Source: a virus (Duplodnaviria; Caudoviricetes). Taken from it: a DNA stretch of 54,559 bases. Of the stretch, positions 24,973 to 34,023 are shown one piece after another. The position numbers and the translations under genes are program-made. The stretch spans positions 1 to 54,559 of IMG/VR virus record IMGVR_UViG_3300045971_000096; one strand, given 5' to 3'. The notes beneath the pieces were generated by a model. The model saw only the letters and a list, made by a program, of their open reading frames with translations. It searched no databases and had not been told where the DNA came from. Position 1 is the stretch's first letter, and each line of letters starts with the position of its first letter.

Positions 24973-25025
24973 CCTGATTATGTTTAGTTGATATGCGATT
25001 GCATAATCTATTTAACATAATCAGG
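24973..25025 (-). promoter_or_regulatory. RBS-sequestering hairpin containing a late promoter (TAAATA 25009-25014)
   Basis: CCTGATTATGTT / AACATAATCAGG 12-bp arms; the downstream arm overlaps the AGGA SD of the resolvase. Confidence 0.75.
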
Positions 25026-25041
25026 GAACAGAAAATCAGGT

Positions 25042-25356
25042 TTACTTCATAATGTTAGCCATGAAAATAACAAACCCAAGGATAACACCTGCCTTAGCAA
25101 AGCCGCCCCACCATTTGGTTGGATGCTCTTCTGAATAAACGTCTGATGCTCTCCAGCATCCAACCCATGCCCAAACCAAATACGGGATAGATGTAATGTA
25201 AGATGCTTTTACAATAGATGTTTCTGCAACCCCGCTGGCAGCTAATAGGAATCCAATAATAAATCCTATTACCCAAGATAGAACAACGGAGTTTATCCAA
25301 TACGTTCTTACTAGCGATTGTCTACCAAACCAATGCTCTACAATATAATTTGTCAT
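25042..25356 (-). CDS. Small membrane protein (about 3 TM)
   Basis: Hydrophobic Trp-rich 104-aa ORF abutting the gp46 stop. Confidence 0.7.
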   Translation of the reverse strand: MTNYIVEHWFGRQSLVRTYWINSVVLSWVIGFIIGFLLAASGVAETSIVKASYITSIPYLVWAWVGCWRASDVYSEEHPTKWWGGFAKAGVILGFVIFMANIMK

Positions 25357-27117
25357 TTATGTTACTCCGAGTTCCGATCCACTCTCATCTAAAATCTTAG
25401 AGAACCCGTTTTCCTTGCGGATAATAACAGCTCTGTCAAACCGACCAACTGCTTCTGGTCTGTGAGAAATAATCCAAAGTCCAAGATGTTCATCTCGTGC
25501 TTTAGTCTTTAGCAGTTTGAAAATACTTTCAACACCAGACCCATCTAGTGAAGCATCGATCTCATCAATGAATAAACAATTTACCCATGCATGCAAATGA
25601 TGCAGCACATCTCTAAATGCTAATGATAGAGAAAGGTTAACACGTTTCTTTTCACCACCAGATAGATTACCGAAGTCTAACTCACGGCCATATTCAGAAA
25701 CGGTACAGCTCATATCATCGTCAAACTTTACAACGTGGGGTAGTCCAGTCTCCTTTGTATAACGCATAAGCTGCTTGTTAAGGAAAGGAATTGTCTTGCT
25801 GATAATCTTACGACGAATGAACGAGTTCTTATCTGTAAGAAGCTTCAACAGGAATTGCTGATGCTCTAACTCTTTACGGATGTTATCAAGATCAGAATAG
25901 GAAACAGTTTTGACTGCTTGCTTTTTCAGTTCTTCATGAGCCTCAATGTGAGGGTTAGTAGAAGCAACGAGATCGTCGATCTTAGACTGTGCTGTGAGAG
26001 CAGAACTTTCTGCTTTGAGTGCTGCTTCGAGGCTAGCAAACTTCATAACACCATCAGCTTGATAGCGCTGATCTTCTAACTCTACAGATTCAGCTGCCAT
26101 GTTATCAATCTTGAGAGTAAGAGCAGCAAGCTGAACCTTCTTACGTTCGAATGATTGCTGCTTCTCAACCAATTTATCTGCAGCTCCTTCATATGCTTGC
26201 AAACAGTAAGGGCACTTAGCTTCAATAAGGTGCTTCAGTTCTCCATCGAGCTTCTTTACATCACTTGTGAGAGTTACCTTTTCACTGCCGAGGATACGAA
26301 GCTGACTGTTGATTTCATTCTCTTGCTTCTTCAAGTCAGCCACAAGTGAATGGAGTTCTTTTTCCTCTTCCATGTTCACCGTGCTGATCAAAGCAAGATC
26401 ACCCTTAAGGGTTGCTACTTGCTTATCACGATCTTCATCCCAACGAACTACACGGGCTGCCGCATCTTTAAGCTGCCGATTGTAAAGAGCTACTTGACCT
26501 TCTTGTTCCTTGATGATAGCTTCTTGAATTGAAATGCTACCTTCAGTTGTCTTAATGATTTCCTTCAGCTTGATTGCTTTCTCTGTAAGCAAGGTGATGT
26601 TGAATAGCTCTTCAATCTGTGCACGCTGCTGTGAGACAGGCATCTGCAAGAATGGAGTTGAACTACCAGAGAAGATAACAACCTTCGTGAATAGTTCGTA
26701 GCTCATGCCAACTATCTCACATACAAACCGATCATTCTCAGCAACACTGTCAAGTGTTACGTCTTCACCATTCATTGAGATGTTGATGTTGAACGTTTCA
26801 CCGCGTTGACGATGGATTTCAAACTCGTCTTCACCCTTCTCAAAGATCAATCTAACTTCCATTAGAGTGTTCTTTGAACTGTTAGTGGAGTTGATTAGCT
26901 TCTGAAGAGAGATGTTGTCAAATGGTTTGTTATAGAGAGCATAACAGATTGCGTTGATGATCGTTGTTTTACCTGCACCGTTATTGCTTGAGGTATCAAT
27001 GTTCTCACCCTGAATAAGGGTGCTCATGATATCGGAAAGATCAATGGACGTAGCCACGGCTCCGAAACTCATGAAGTTTCGGACTATCAGCTCTTTGAAT
27101 TTAAAAGGTGTGCTCAT
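25357..27117 (-). CDS. gp46: Recombination ATPase, Rad50/SbcC-like
   Basis: NFMSFG, NGAGKTT, CPYC hook, LSGGE, LFIDE, ISH. Confidence 0.96.
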   Translation of the reverse strand: MSTPFKFKELIVRNFMSFGAVATSIDLSDIMSTLIQGENIDTSSNNGAGKTTIINAICYALYNKPFDNISLQKLINSTNSSKNTLMEVRLIFEKGEDEFEIHRQRGETFNINISMNGEDVTLDSVAENDRFVCEIVGMSYELFTKVVIFSGSSTPFLQMPVSQQRAQIEELFNITLLTEKAIKLKEIIKTTEGSISIQEAIIKEQEGQVALYNRQLKDAAARVVRWDEDRDKQVATLKGDLALISTVNMEEEKELHSLVADLKKQENEINSQLRILGSEKVTLTSDVKKLDGELKHLIEAKCPYCLQAYEGAADKLVEKQQSFERKKVQLAALTLKIDNMAAESVELEDQRYQADGVMKFASLEAALKAESSALTAQSKIDDLVASTNPHIEAHEELKKQAVKTVSYSDLDNIRKELEHQQFLLKLLTDKNSFIRRKIISKTIPFLNKQLMRYTKETGLPHVVKFDDDMSCTVSEYGRELDFGNLSGGEKKRVNLSLSLAFRDVLHHLHAWVNCLFIDEIDASLDGSGVESIFKLLKTKARDEHLGLWIISHRPEAVGRFDRAVIIRKENGFSKILDESGSELGVT

Positions 27118-27518
27118 TGAAAGAATTTAATTAGGTGACCTGAAGATACGATAGGTCTAAATGCATACATCCATTCTTTATCGATATTGACTTTACTATG
27201 GACAAACATCAGATCTAATTTTATACCCTGTAGTCTGTTAGGTCCATGCAGTAATTTTATCATACTTCCATTATCAAAGACAATGCAACCATTGGATTGA
27301 CCTCGGCGGGTAATGGTAGACTTCATCCAGTTTGGAACTGTTTTCTCTTCATCGAGTATCTCATGGAATATTTCAGCTAACCATACTTGCTCTGGAACTA
27401 CAATACCGATAGTCTTATTATCAGCACGCCAACAGTCTGCTAAAGTATAACGAATCATGTCAATGACAGTCATAGTATATGTGTCATCTAGAATATCAAA
27501 GTTGTCCATATATTTCAA
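27114..27518 (-). CDS. Degenerate large-terminase ATPase-like fragment
   Basis: KTIGIV...AEI...VPNWM...IVFDNGS.I...LQG..LDLMFV...RPIVSSG parallels the gp17 ATPase core; Walker A and Walker B acidic pair absent. Confidence 0.6.
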   Translation of the reverse strand: MKYMDNFDILDDTYTMTVIDMIRYTLADCWRADNKTIGIVVPEQVWLAEIFHEILDEEKTVPNWMKSTITRRGQSNGCIVFDNGSMIKLLHGPNRLQGIKLDLMFVHSKVNIDKEWMYAFRPIVSSGHLIKFFQ

Positions 27519-28542
27519 TCAGCTTTTCAGCATTAATGGTTGTTGTTCCTGAGATACCAGTTTGAAGCATTCTGATAACAGCATCATTCAATGATCCCAT
27601 ATCAAAGTCTTCCATCTCTTCACCAGCAATTGCTTCCTTACGTTCAGCAAAGTTTTCTTCTAAAGAGAATTCACGCAGCCCCAGGGTCTTAATCATTTCT
27701 TCACGTAGCGTTTGCGCTTCTGAATAACCAATGTCGATGTCAATCAAACACCGAACACGACACTTAGCAGGAAAATCTAACTGTCCATTCAATACGTCAG
27801 AGAGTTTTACTTTACGGTACTTAGGGCAATCACCCCAATCAATAAAGGCCACATCGTCATCTCGTACATCCAAAATGCACATCCCACGGGCATCATCCCA
27901 TGCATCACCGTAGTCCATTGGGAAAGTGTTTCCGATATAAACGACATTGTCAATTGATTGTCTCTTGTGGTAGTGACCAGAGAAAATGTAAGTAGGTCCA
28001 GCAAACAACTTGTGGTCTGGTCCGTGCTCCATCTTACGATCTGTTCCAGTGATGATGAAGTTTCTAAATTCGAAGTGGCCTAGCCAATAAGGAAGTCTAG
28101 AATATTGTGCAAGGTCTGCATACTCATTCTTGAAAAGGAATGGGCACACTAGCATCTTGTCAATGACAGTTGGTTCATTCACTAATGTAACGTTAGCGTA
28201 CTGTTCAAAAATCTTAGTTGAAAATACTTTTCTATTCTCTCTGTGATATAGATCGTGGTTACCAATGATGATGTAAACAGGAAGTCCTAGAGAGTTTAGA
28301 TCTTCTAGAGCTTGCTGTGCATAGGTCATCGTCATTACGTTGACAGCATTCCGATTTTCAAACCAATCGCCCATGAATACTACGTGAGTGATGTCTCCGT
28401 CTTCACGGACATTCTTACAGAACCAGTGGACGAAGTCCACACAGTCCTGATTATGAATTGCAGAGTTGTTCTTCTTACCAAAGTGGATGTCGGTAAACAT
28501 CGCAACCTTTTTCATCGAAGAAACCTTCTTGCTTATTTGCAT
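27496..28542 (-). CDS. gp47: Recombination nuclease, Mre11/SbcD-like
   Basis: TDIHFG, GDWFE, GNHD, GHFE, SGHYH. Confidence 0.96.
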   Translation of the reverse strand: MQISKKVSSMKKVAMFTDIHFGKKNNSAIHNQDCVDFVHWFCKNVREDGDITHVVFMGDWFENRNAVNVMTMTYAQQALEDLNSLGLPVYIIIGNHDLYHRENRKVFSTKIFEQYANVTLVNEPTVIDKMLVCPFLFKNEYADLAQYSRLPYWLGHFEFRNFIITGTDRKMEHGPDHKLFAGPTYIFSGHYHKRQSIDNVVYIGNTFPMDYGDAWDDARGMCILDVRDDDVAFIDWGDCPKYRKVKLSDVLNGQLDFPAKCRVRCLIDIDIGYSEAQTLREEMIKTLGLREFSLEENFAERKEAIAGEEMEDFDMGSLNDAVIRMLQTGISGTTTINAEKLIEIYGQL

Positions 28543-28553
28543 AGGTCCTCCGA

Positions 28554-29432
28554 TTACTTAGCGGTTTTCTTTGCGACAACTTTCTTTACAGCAACCTTCT
28601 TTGCTGGTTTTTCTATAACCTTCTTAGCAGCAGGCTTCTTTACAGATACAACTTTATGTACAGTTGATGCTTTTTGTGCTTTTGCGACAGGGGTCGCTTT
28701 GGCCGGAACACTTCGCACCTTCTTTGGCTTAGGTTCAGGTTTGGGTTTGATTGTAATGTTTCCATCTGCGTCAATCTCAATATCTTTCGGACCATATCGG
28801 GTGACGGGGCCTGGGACTCGGTGCTGATAGCGAAGTTTTGCTTCCTTCGGAGTCTTAGGAATAAATTCCACGTCGCCTGCTGGGACTGCGTCAACTTTAA
28901 GAACTGTTGCTGCTTCTGCATCCAGTTCCGCGATCTCGTTCTCATCCAATTCTGGTAGAAAGTATTCATCTGATTCCTTAATTTCAAAGTGAACTTCTTC
29001 CTTTTCGCCTTCACCAAAATTATAACTTGGGTTTGAACCTGCATCAATCAGAAGGGCATCACGAATGTTACGATGCTTCTTTTCGTCAGCAAGATACTGA
29101 AGGAAGGAGTTATGGATACCTGTGGTGTAATAGGAGAAGGGGTTGTTAGACTTTTCTGGATTAAACTTGAGTGCATTATTACACAAGTTCATCACAGCTG
29201 CAGAGACCATATCTTCGCGGAATGAATAGCCGATGAAGTTAGCCTTACGCGAATAACGTTCAGCGATCATCTGAATCATTCGGATTAGTTTGTCTGTTAC
29301 CTTGCCACCAGCTTTAGCTTCAATAACTGCTGGTAGAAGAACGCCATTGGTAACGTAATGTCCCTTAGTAGAAGTTGATTTCTCTCTCTTCTGTTTAGGC
29401 TTCTTTTCTTTTGTCTTTTCTTTGGTAATCAA
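28554..29432 (-). CDS. gp55: Late transcription sigma factor with Lys/Ala-rich C-terminal tail (TTG start)
   Basis: HYVTN..L, IAERYS...NFIGYSFREDM, FNPEKSNNPFSYYT...NSFLQ....EKK; GGAGA RBS. Confidence 0.93.
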   Translation of the reverse strand: MITKEKTKEKKPKQKREKSTSTKGHYVTNGVLLPAVIEAKAGGKVTDKLIRMIQMIAERYSRKANFIGYSFREDMVSAAVMNLCNNALKFNPEKSNNPFSYYTTGIHNSFLQYLADEKKHRNIRDALLIDAGSNPSYNFGEGEKEEVHFEIKESDEYFLPELDENEIAELDAEAATVLKVDAVPAGDVEFIPKTPKEAKLRYQHRVPGPVTRYGPKDIEIDADGNITIKPKPEPKPKKVRSVPAKATPVAKAQKASTVHKVVSVKKPAAKKVIEKPAKKVAVKKVVAKKTAK

Positions 29433-29471
29433 AATTTAATTCTCCATATGTGAACAACGGAGATTAGAATT

Positions 29472-29501
29472 ATTATACACCGTTATTATAATTTAGTAAA
29501 C
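29472..29501 (-). promoter_or_regulatory. Sigma70/early-type promoter for gp55-47-46 (G-TTTACT-N17-TATAAT)
   Basis: Minus strand GTTTACT AAATTATAATAACGGTG TATAAT. Confidence 0.7.
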
Positions 29502-29531
29502 TGGTGACCAGAAACGGATTGGTCTGATCAA

Positions 29532-29537
29532 TAAATA
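29532..29537 (+). promoter_or_regulatory. Late promoter TAAATA for baseplate operon
   Basis: ATAAATA about 34 nt before ATG 29571. Confidence 0.7.
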
Positions 29538-29570
29538 TCTTATAACCTTTACCGCCTTACAGGACACGCC

Positions 29571-30278
29571 ATGGACATCAACGAACAATTAGAACTGAAT
29601 GCACTTTATGAAGATATGTCACCTATGGGAAGCAAGAAAGTTGCTGTTGTCATTGGTCGATTCAATCCTCCAACAAAAGGTCACTATGCTGTGATTAATA
29701 TGGTAAAGAAGTTCATCAGAGATAATACAAAACTAGGGCTTGATGTATCTCCTGTAGTAGTTGTTATTGGCGGTTCAAAATCTGATGCTGACAAGAAGAG
29801 AAATCCTCTCTCAGTAGATGAGAGACTCTCATTCATGAAAGGTTCAGGTAAGGCAAATGGTGTTACTTTCATGACAGCTGTGAATGCTTTTGCAGCATTA
29901 GCTCAGTGCAGAGAGAAAGGATTAGAGCCAGTAGCAGTTGCAGCAGGAACAGATCGCATAGATGATTACATTAAAATTTTAGATAAGAATTTTCTTACAC
30001 CTGAAGGTAAACTAATTCAACATCACAAAATTCACCTTGCTCGTGATGAGGATGCTACACTTACTAAAAAAGCCGATAAGGCAACAGCTATCGATTCAAC
30101 ACTTGACGGTATGAAAAAGAAAGGTAGCGTTGATACCGATTTAGTTTCGGGATCATTAGCTAGACGAGCAGTAGAATTAGGATATGAGAAGGAATTCGCG
30201 GAGATTGTCGATCTAGTGGATAAACCTTCTTTAGCAAAAAAGATGTTCGACAAGGTCGCAGCATCCATTAAGGAATAA
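29571..30278 (+). CDS. Cytidylyltransferase/NMNAT-superfamily nucleotidyltransferase
   Basis: IGRFNPPTKGH (T/HxGH), NPLS..ER, AGTDR, VSGS..R. Confidence 0.85.
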   Translation: MDINEQLELNALYEDMSPMGSKKVAVVIGRFNPPTKGHYAVINMVKKFIRDNTKLGLDVSPVVVVIGGSKSDADKKRNPLSVDERLSFMKGSGKANGVTFMTAVNAFAALAQCREKGLEPVAVAAGTDRIDDYIKILDKNFLTPEGKLIQHHKIHLARDEDATLTKKADKATAIDSTLDGMKKKGSVDTDLVSGSLARRAVELGYEKEFAEIVDLVDKPSLAKKMFDKVAASIKE

Positions 30279-30280
30279 AA

Positions 30281-31633
30281 ATGGCAGCTCCTGATCTTTA
30301 TGCTGGCATTGATGGTAGTGATCACAGATTTTACAGTCCTATTAATGATACCTACTCAACATCTCCTACTCCGCCCACTCAAGATACGTTAGATTATACT
30401 AATTCTGTAACAAAGTATATTGGTGCTGCCGCCAATGGAATTAAAAATTATGCAGTATTAGGTACTAATTTGGTAATGAAGGCGACACAAATGTTGCCAA
30501 CATCTATTTCAAGTTTTGCTAAAGACCCGCTCGCAATTCTTAATACAGATTATACTAAAGCAGCAGCTAGCAAGTTGGGAGATGAACTTGCTGGCAAGAT
30601 GAACTTATCAGGCCTTGGAGATAAATTCAAAAACCTATCAACGAAGGAAACGCTTGATACAGTTGGCGGGATGAGAGCGATTAGAAATGTCGATAATGGT
30701 TTAATAGCTGGCATTATGGGACCAGCAGAGGAAAAAGGTGGTGTGCCCTCTAATCTAATTCAGCAAGATGAGATTGATCGCACTAGCAAATTCAAAGTAT
30801 CTATTTCTCAACAGCCTACTAATGACTCATACAGTGAAGTTATTTTTGATGTTATGCCGACAATTAATGAAGGTAGAACAGCGTCATATGATGCATTTGC
30901 TCCACTGCATGCAGCAGGCGAAATACTCCGTTTCAAAAATACAGCAAATAGAACGTGGTCAATAAGTGCTAAGTTAATATCACGCACTATTAGCGAAGCC
31001 ACTATTAATATGATCCGTCTTAACACTATACGTGGATGGACTATGCCGTATTATGGTCAAGGAACTGCGATGAACCCTAATACATCTGAATACTTAGGTG
31101 CTCCTCCACCAATACTAACGCTGAAGGCATATGGCGATAGAATGATCGGCCCAGTAAAATGCGTACTTGAAAGTTATAGCTGGGAGTTCCCAAATGATGT
31201 GGATTATATTCAAACTGCATATCAGGAACCGTTTCCAGTAATTTTATCAGTGTCACTTCAACTTAAGGAAGCTTGGTCTCCTGCCGAATTAAGCAATTTT
31301 GACATTATGCAATATAGATCAGGCAATTTGCCAGCAACATATGCTAAGGCAGAGCAACCAGATCAAGAAAGTATTAGTGGACCAGCAAATGCTGGCGGGG
31401 CAATGGGTGGTAGAGGTGGACAGGGCGGCACAACTGCTAATGAGATGCTGGATAATGCAAGGTCACAAGCTATTAGTGCAACCTCGCAACAAATAAATGC
31501 AGCATCAGATATACGCAAATTAGATATTGCTTCTATGGGTGACATCACCAGTTTTGGTGATAAAATGTTGGTTGGTGCCAGAAATTTAGCTAAGAGTATA
31601 AATCTAACCCCTTCTAATATTGAGAAGTTATAA
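30281..31633 (+). CDS. Baseplate tail-tube initiator/cap (gp48/gp54-like)
   Basis: P.INE...ASY...H....I..FKNT..R, GAPPPILTL.AYG, FPVILSVSLQLKE; precedes gp53. Confidence 0.6.
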   Translation: MAAPDLYAGIDGSDHRFYSPINDTYSTSPTPPTQDTLDYTNSVTKYIGAAANGIKNYAVLGTNLVMKATQMLPTSISSFAKDPLAILNTDYTKAAASKLGDELAGKMNLSGLGDKFKNLSTKETLDTVGGMRAIRNVDNGLIAGIMGPAEEKGGVPSNLIQQDEIDRTSKFKVSISQQPTNDSYSEVIFDVMPTINEGRTASYDAFAPLHAAGEILRFKNTANRTWSISAKLISRTISEATINMIRLNTIRGWTMPYYGQGTAMNPNTSEYLGAPPPILTLKAYGDRMIGPVKCVLESYSWEFPNDVDYIQTAYQEPFPVILSVSLQLKEAWSPAELSNFDIMQYRSGNLPATYAKAEQPDQESISGPANAGGAMGGRGGQGGTTANEMLDNARSQAISATSQQINAASDIRKLDIASMGDITSFGDKMLVGARNLAKSINLTPSNIEKL

Positions 31634-31634
31634 T

Positions 31635-32009
31635 ATGGCAAATGCAAATAGTCTCTTTAACAAATATTCCAGATATGTTGCCGGGGGTACCACAGAAACA
31701 GCTGATGGGAAAATAGAATGGTGGGAAAAGACTGTCTTTGAGTCTGACAACTCTGACATAGTTTATGCTGTTGAGAATTTTTATGAAGGCAGAATGGATT
31801 TAATCGCCAATGTGTTCTACAATGAGCCTCGCTATTGGTGGGTCATTGCTCAGTACAATAATATTCTTGATCCATTTACAGAAACCACAGCTGGTAGAAT
31901 GCTTCTCATTCCTAAAAAAGAACGTTTAGATTTGATGTTAGGAACAAAAATGGGTGGCGTAGATTCTACTCGCCAATCAATCAATACTATCTCTCCAGTA
32001 GTAATATAA
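31635..32009 (+). CDS. gp53: Baseplate wedge protein (gp53-like)
   Basis: YEGRMDLIANVFYNEPRYWWVIAQYNNILDPF. Confidence 0.8.
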   Translation: MANANSLFNKYSRYVAGGTTETADGKIEWWEKTVFESDNSDIVYAVENFYEGRMDLIANVFYNEPRYWWVIAQYNNILDPFTETTAGRMLLIPKKERLDLMLGTKMGGVDSTRQSINTISPVVI

Positions 32010-32013
32010 ACAT

Positions 32014-34023
32014 ATGACAACAAGCGCAGACTATGCCAATCCATTGGACAACTTCAGATCATACTCATATCATTATGTGATAGCAGCCGGCTCTACAACA
32101 GAATCACTTCGTAAGATGCTTGGTGATGATAGTGGTACCGGCAAATCAGCGTTGCTTAGCGCTGTACAAAGTGTTAGTTTAGGCGGAGAATTCGCAGTAG
32201 AAGAATCAGTAGGGTATCTTGTTATGGATACACGTCGATTCCCCCAATACAGTATTGTTGATTTAACATTTGACCATGTGCCAGGTGGCGGTAATAATCC
32301 CGTAGCAATGATTAACACAGGGACAATGAAGATTCAAGATACGACAGGTATTTCATTCTTTAATTATCTATCATCGCTCATGCAAGATAAGCTGAAGTCT
32401 ACACAGGCTTCTTCATTCTTTTTAATGTCAATTATTTTTATTGGACATAAGGATGATGGCACCACAGAAACAGTGTCTACATGCTTCTTCCCATTCTCTA
32501 TTTTACGATTTGGTTTTAATTTTACTAGCTCTGGATCTGTTTATGATGTAACATTTTTACCATTAGAAGGTGGATCAAGTGCTACAAAATATGGCCACCA
32601 ACTTGAAAATAGAAATGATGTAAGTACAGTCACAACTCAGGGAAATGCTAAGACTATTGGTGGGTTATTAAATTCGCTGGAATCACAGCTTAACACAAAA
32701 TCGATAGAAGTGTTCAGCAAATATAGCAGTAACACAGACGGAATTAAGAAGCCTGGTAAGCTAGTACAGTACATGATAACTCTTCCTGATGAATGGAAAG
32801 ATTTTGAACCAGATTTAGCAGCAGCATCTGTTAATAGTGAGCAGCGTTTTGTATCTCGTGGAACTGGTACGCAGCAACGGAAAAAACTTGTAGCTGATGT
32901 TCAAGTATCTTTCTCTGAATCTATGGGAATTACTGATGCGGTGAAGATGATACTTGAAACATCTACAGCTTTCATGGAGCAAAGTAGCACAGAAAAATTA
33001 AAGAATGGAGATGCTATTTCATATCGATGTGTTAGAATGATTACGTCTGATGAATCTACTTTCATTGTCCACTATGATATTTTCCCAGTGAAAGCGCATT
33101 CTTCAGAAAAAGTTAAAGCAAATAAAATAAATCTAATAGAGTATGATTATATTTTTACTGGATTTAACAGTCATATACATGATCTAAAAATTGAGTATCA
33201 GCCAGAAGTTGCTGCTGCAGCATTAGATGGAAATTTTAGGGTGGGTCGCAATAGAAGTGCTGAATTAGCAGCGCAAGGGCAAAAGACTTCAGACGTAAAG
33301 AAGGAAGCTAAGTCTGATGCTAAGAAGACAGAAGAGAAGGAAGTATTAGTTAGAGAAAATGATCCGATATTTAAAGGCATGAAAACTGCCGCGCAAAGAG
33401 ATAATACAGCAGATCACTTTAATGAAGATTCTGGTACTGATGGTGGCAGGGTGTCTGTTAAAGCACGCCAAGAATATTCTAATACAATGGCTTCATTGCA
33501 TTTTGTAAAATCACTACAGCTAGACATGGTTATTAGAGGCAACCCAAATTTGATGCGTAAGTTTTCAGATGCAAAATCTAGAGGTGGACTAGCTCCACAC
33601 TTTCCTATTGTTTATGCCCGAGAAATTCCAGCATTATTATCATCAGGTAAACTAGAATCAGCAGTAAAATCTGGATTTGCAAGTTCAAAGGAAGCATACG
33701 TCAGACAATATGTTGCTCCAAAAATAAAATCAGCGGGCGCATTCAATAAGAGCGGCGATCCGGTTATGTCTGGACCCGATATAACAGTTTGCGGGTTGTA
33801 TGCAAAAATAAATATTAAAGCACCTAACATTGATTTTGTTGGTGATCAGGGTGGCGTAGGTAATTATGTAACAAGTGGACCAATGTTTACTGATAGTATG
33901 TTCTATGATGGATTATATCTAGTCCTAAGAATGACGTCATCATTTAATGGTGGTGAGTTTCAGCAGCACCTAACAATGATTGCAAGCCCAACTGAAGACT
34001 TCAACGAAAAAGCAAAGAAATGA
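32014..34023 (+). CDS. Baseplate hub protein (gp27-like)
   Basis: NPLDNFRSYSY start; LDMVIRGNP and YDGLYLV...SSFNGGEFQQHL; directly before gp5. Confidence 0.6.
   Translation: MTTSADYANPLDNFRSYSYHYVIAAGSTTESLRKMLGDDSGTGKSALLSAVQSVSLGGEFAVEESVGYLVMDTRRFPQYSIVDLTFDHVPGGGNNPVAMINTGTMKIQDTTGISFFNYLSSLMQDKLKSTQASSFFLMSIIFIGHKDDGTTETVSTCFFPFSILRFGFNFTSSGSVYDVTFLPLEGGSSATKYGHQLENRNDVSTVTTQGNAKTIGGLLNSLESQLNTKSIEVFSKYSSNTDGIKKPGKLVQYMITLPDEWKDFEPDLAAASVNSEQRFVSRGTGTQQRKKLVADVQVSFSESMGITDAVKMILETSTAFMEQSSTEKLKNGDAISYRCVRMITSDESTFIVHYDIFPVKAHSSEKVKANKINLIEYDYIFTGFNSHIHDLKIEYQPEVAAAALDGNFRVGRNRSAELAAQGQKTSDVKKEAKSDAKKTEEKEVLVRENDPIFKGMKTAAQRDNTADHFNEDSGTDGGRVSVKARQEYSNTMASLHFVKSLQLDMVIRGNPNLMRKFSDAKSRGGLAPHFPIVYAREIPALLSSGKLESAVKSGFASSKEAYVRQYVAPKIKSAGAFNKSGDPVMSGPDITVCGLYAKINIKAPNIDFVGDQGGVGNYVTSGPMFTDSMFYDGLYLVLRMTSSFNGGEFQQHLTMIASPTEDFNEKAKK

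Noticed and set aside
28312-29047. Alternative ORFs overlapping gp55/gp47
   Set aside because: Shadows of low-complexity Lys/Ala codons; the main frames have clear family motifs
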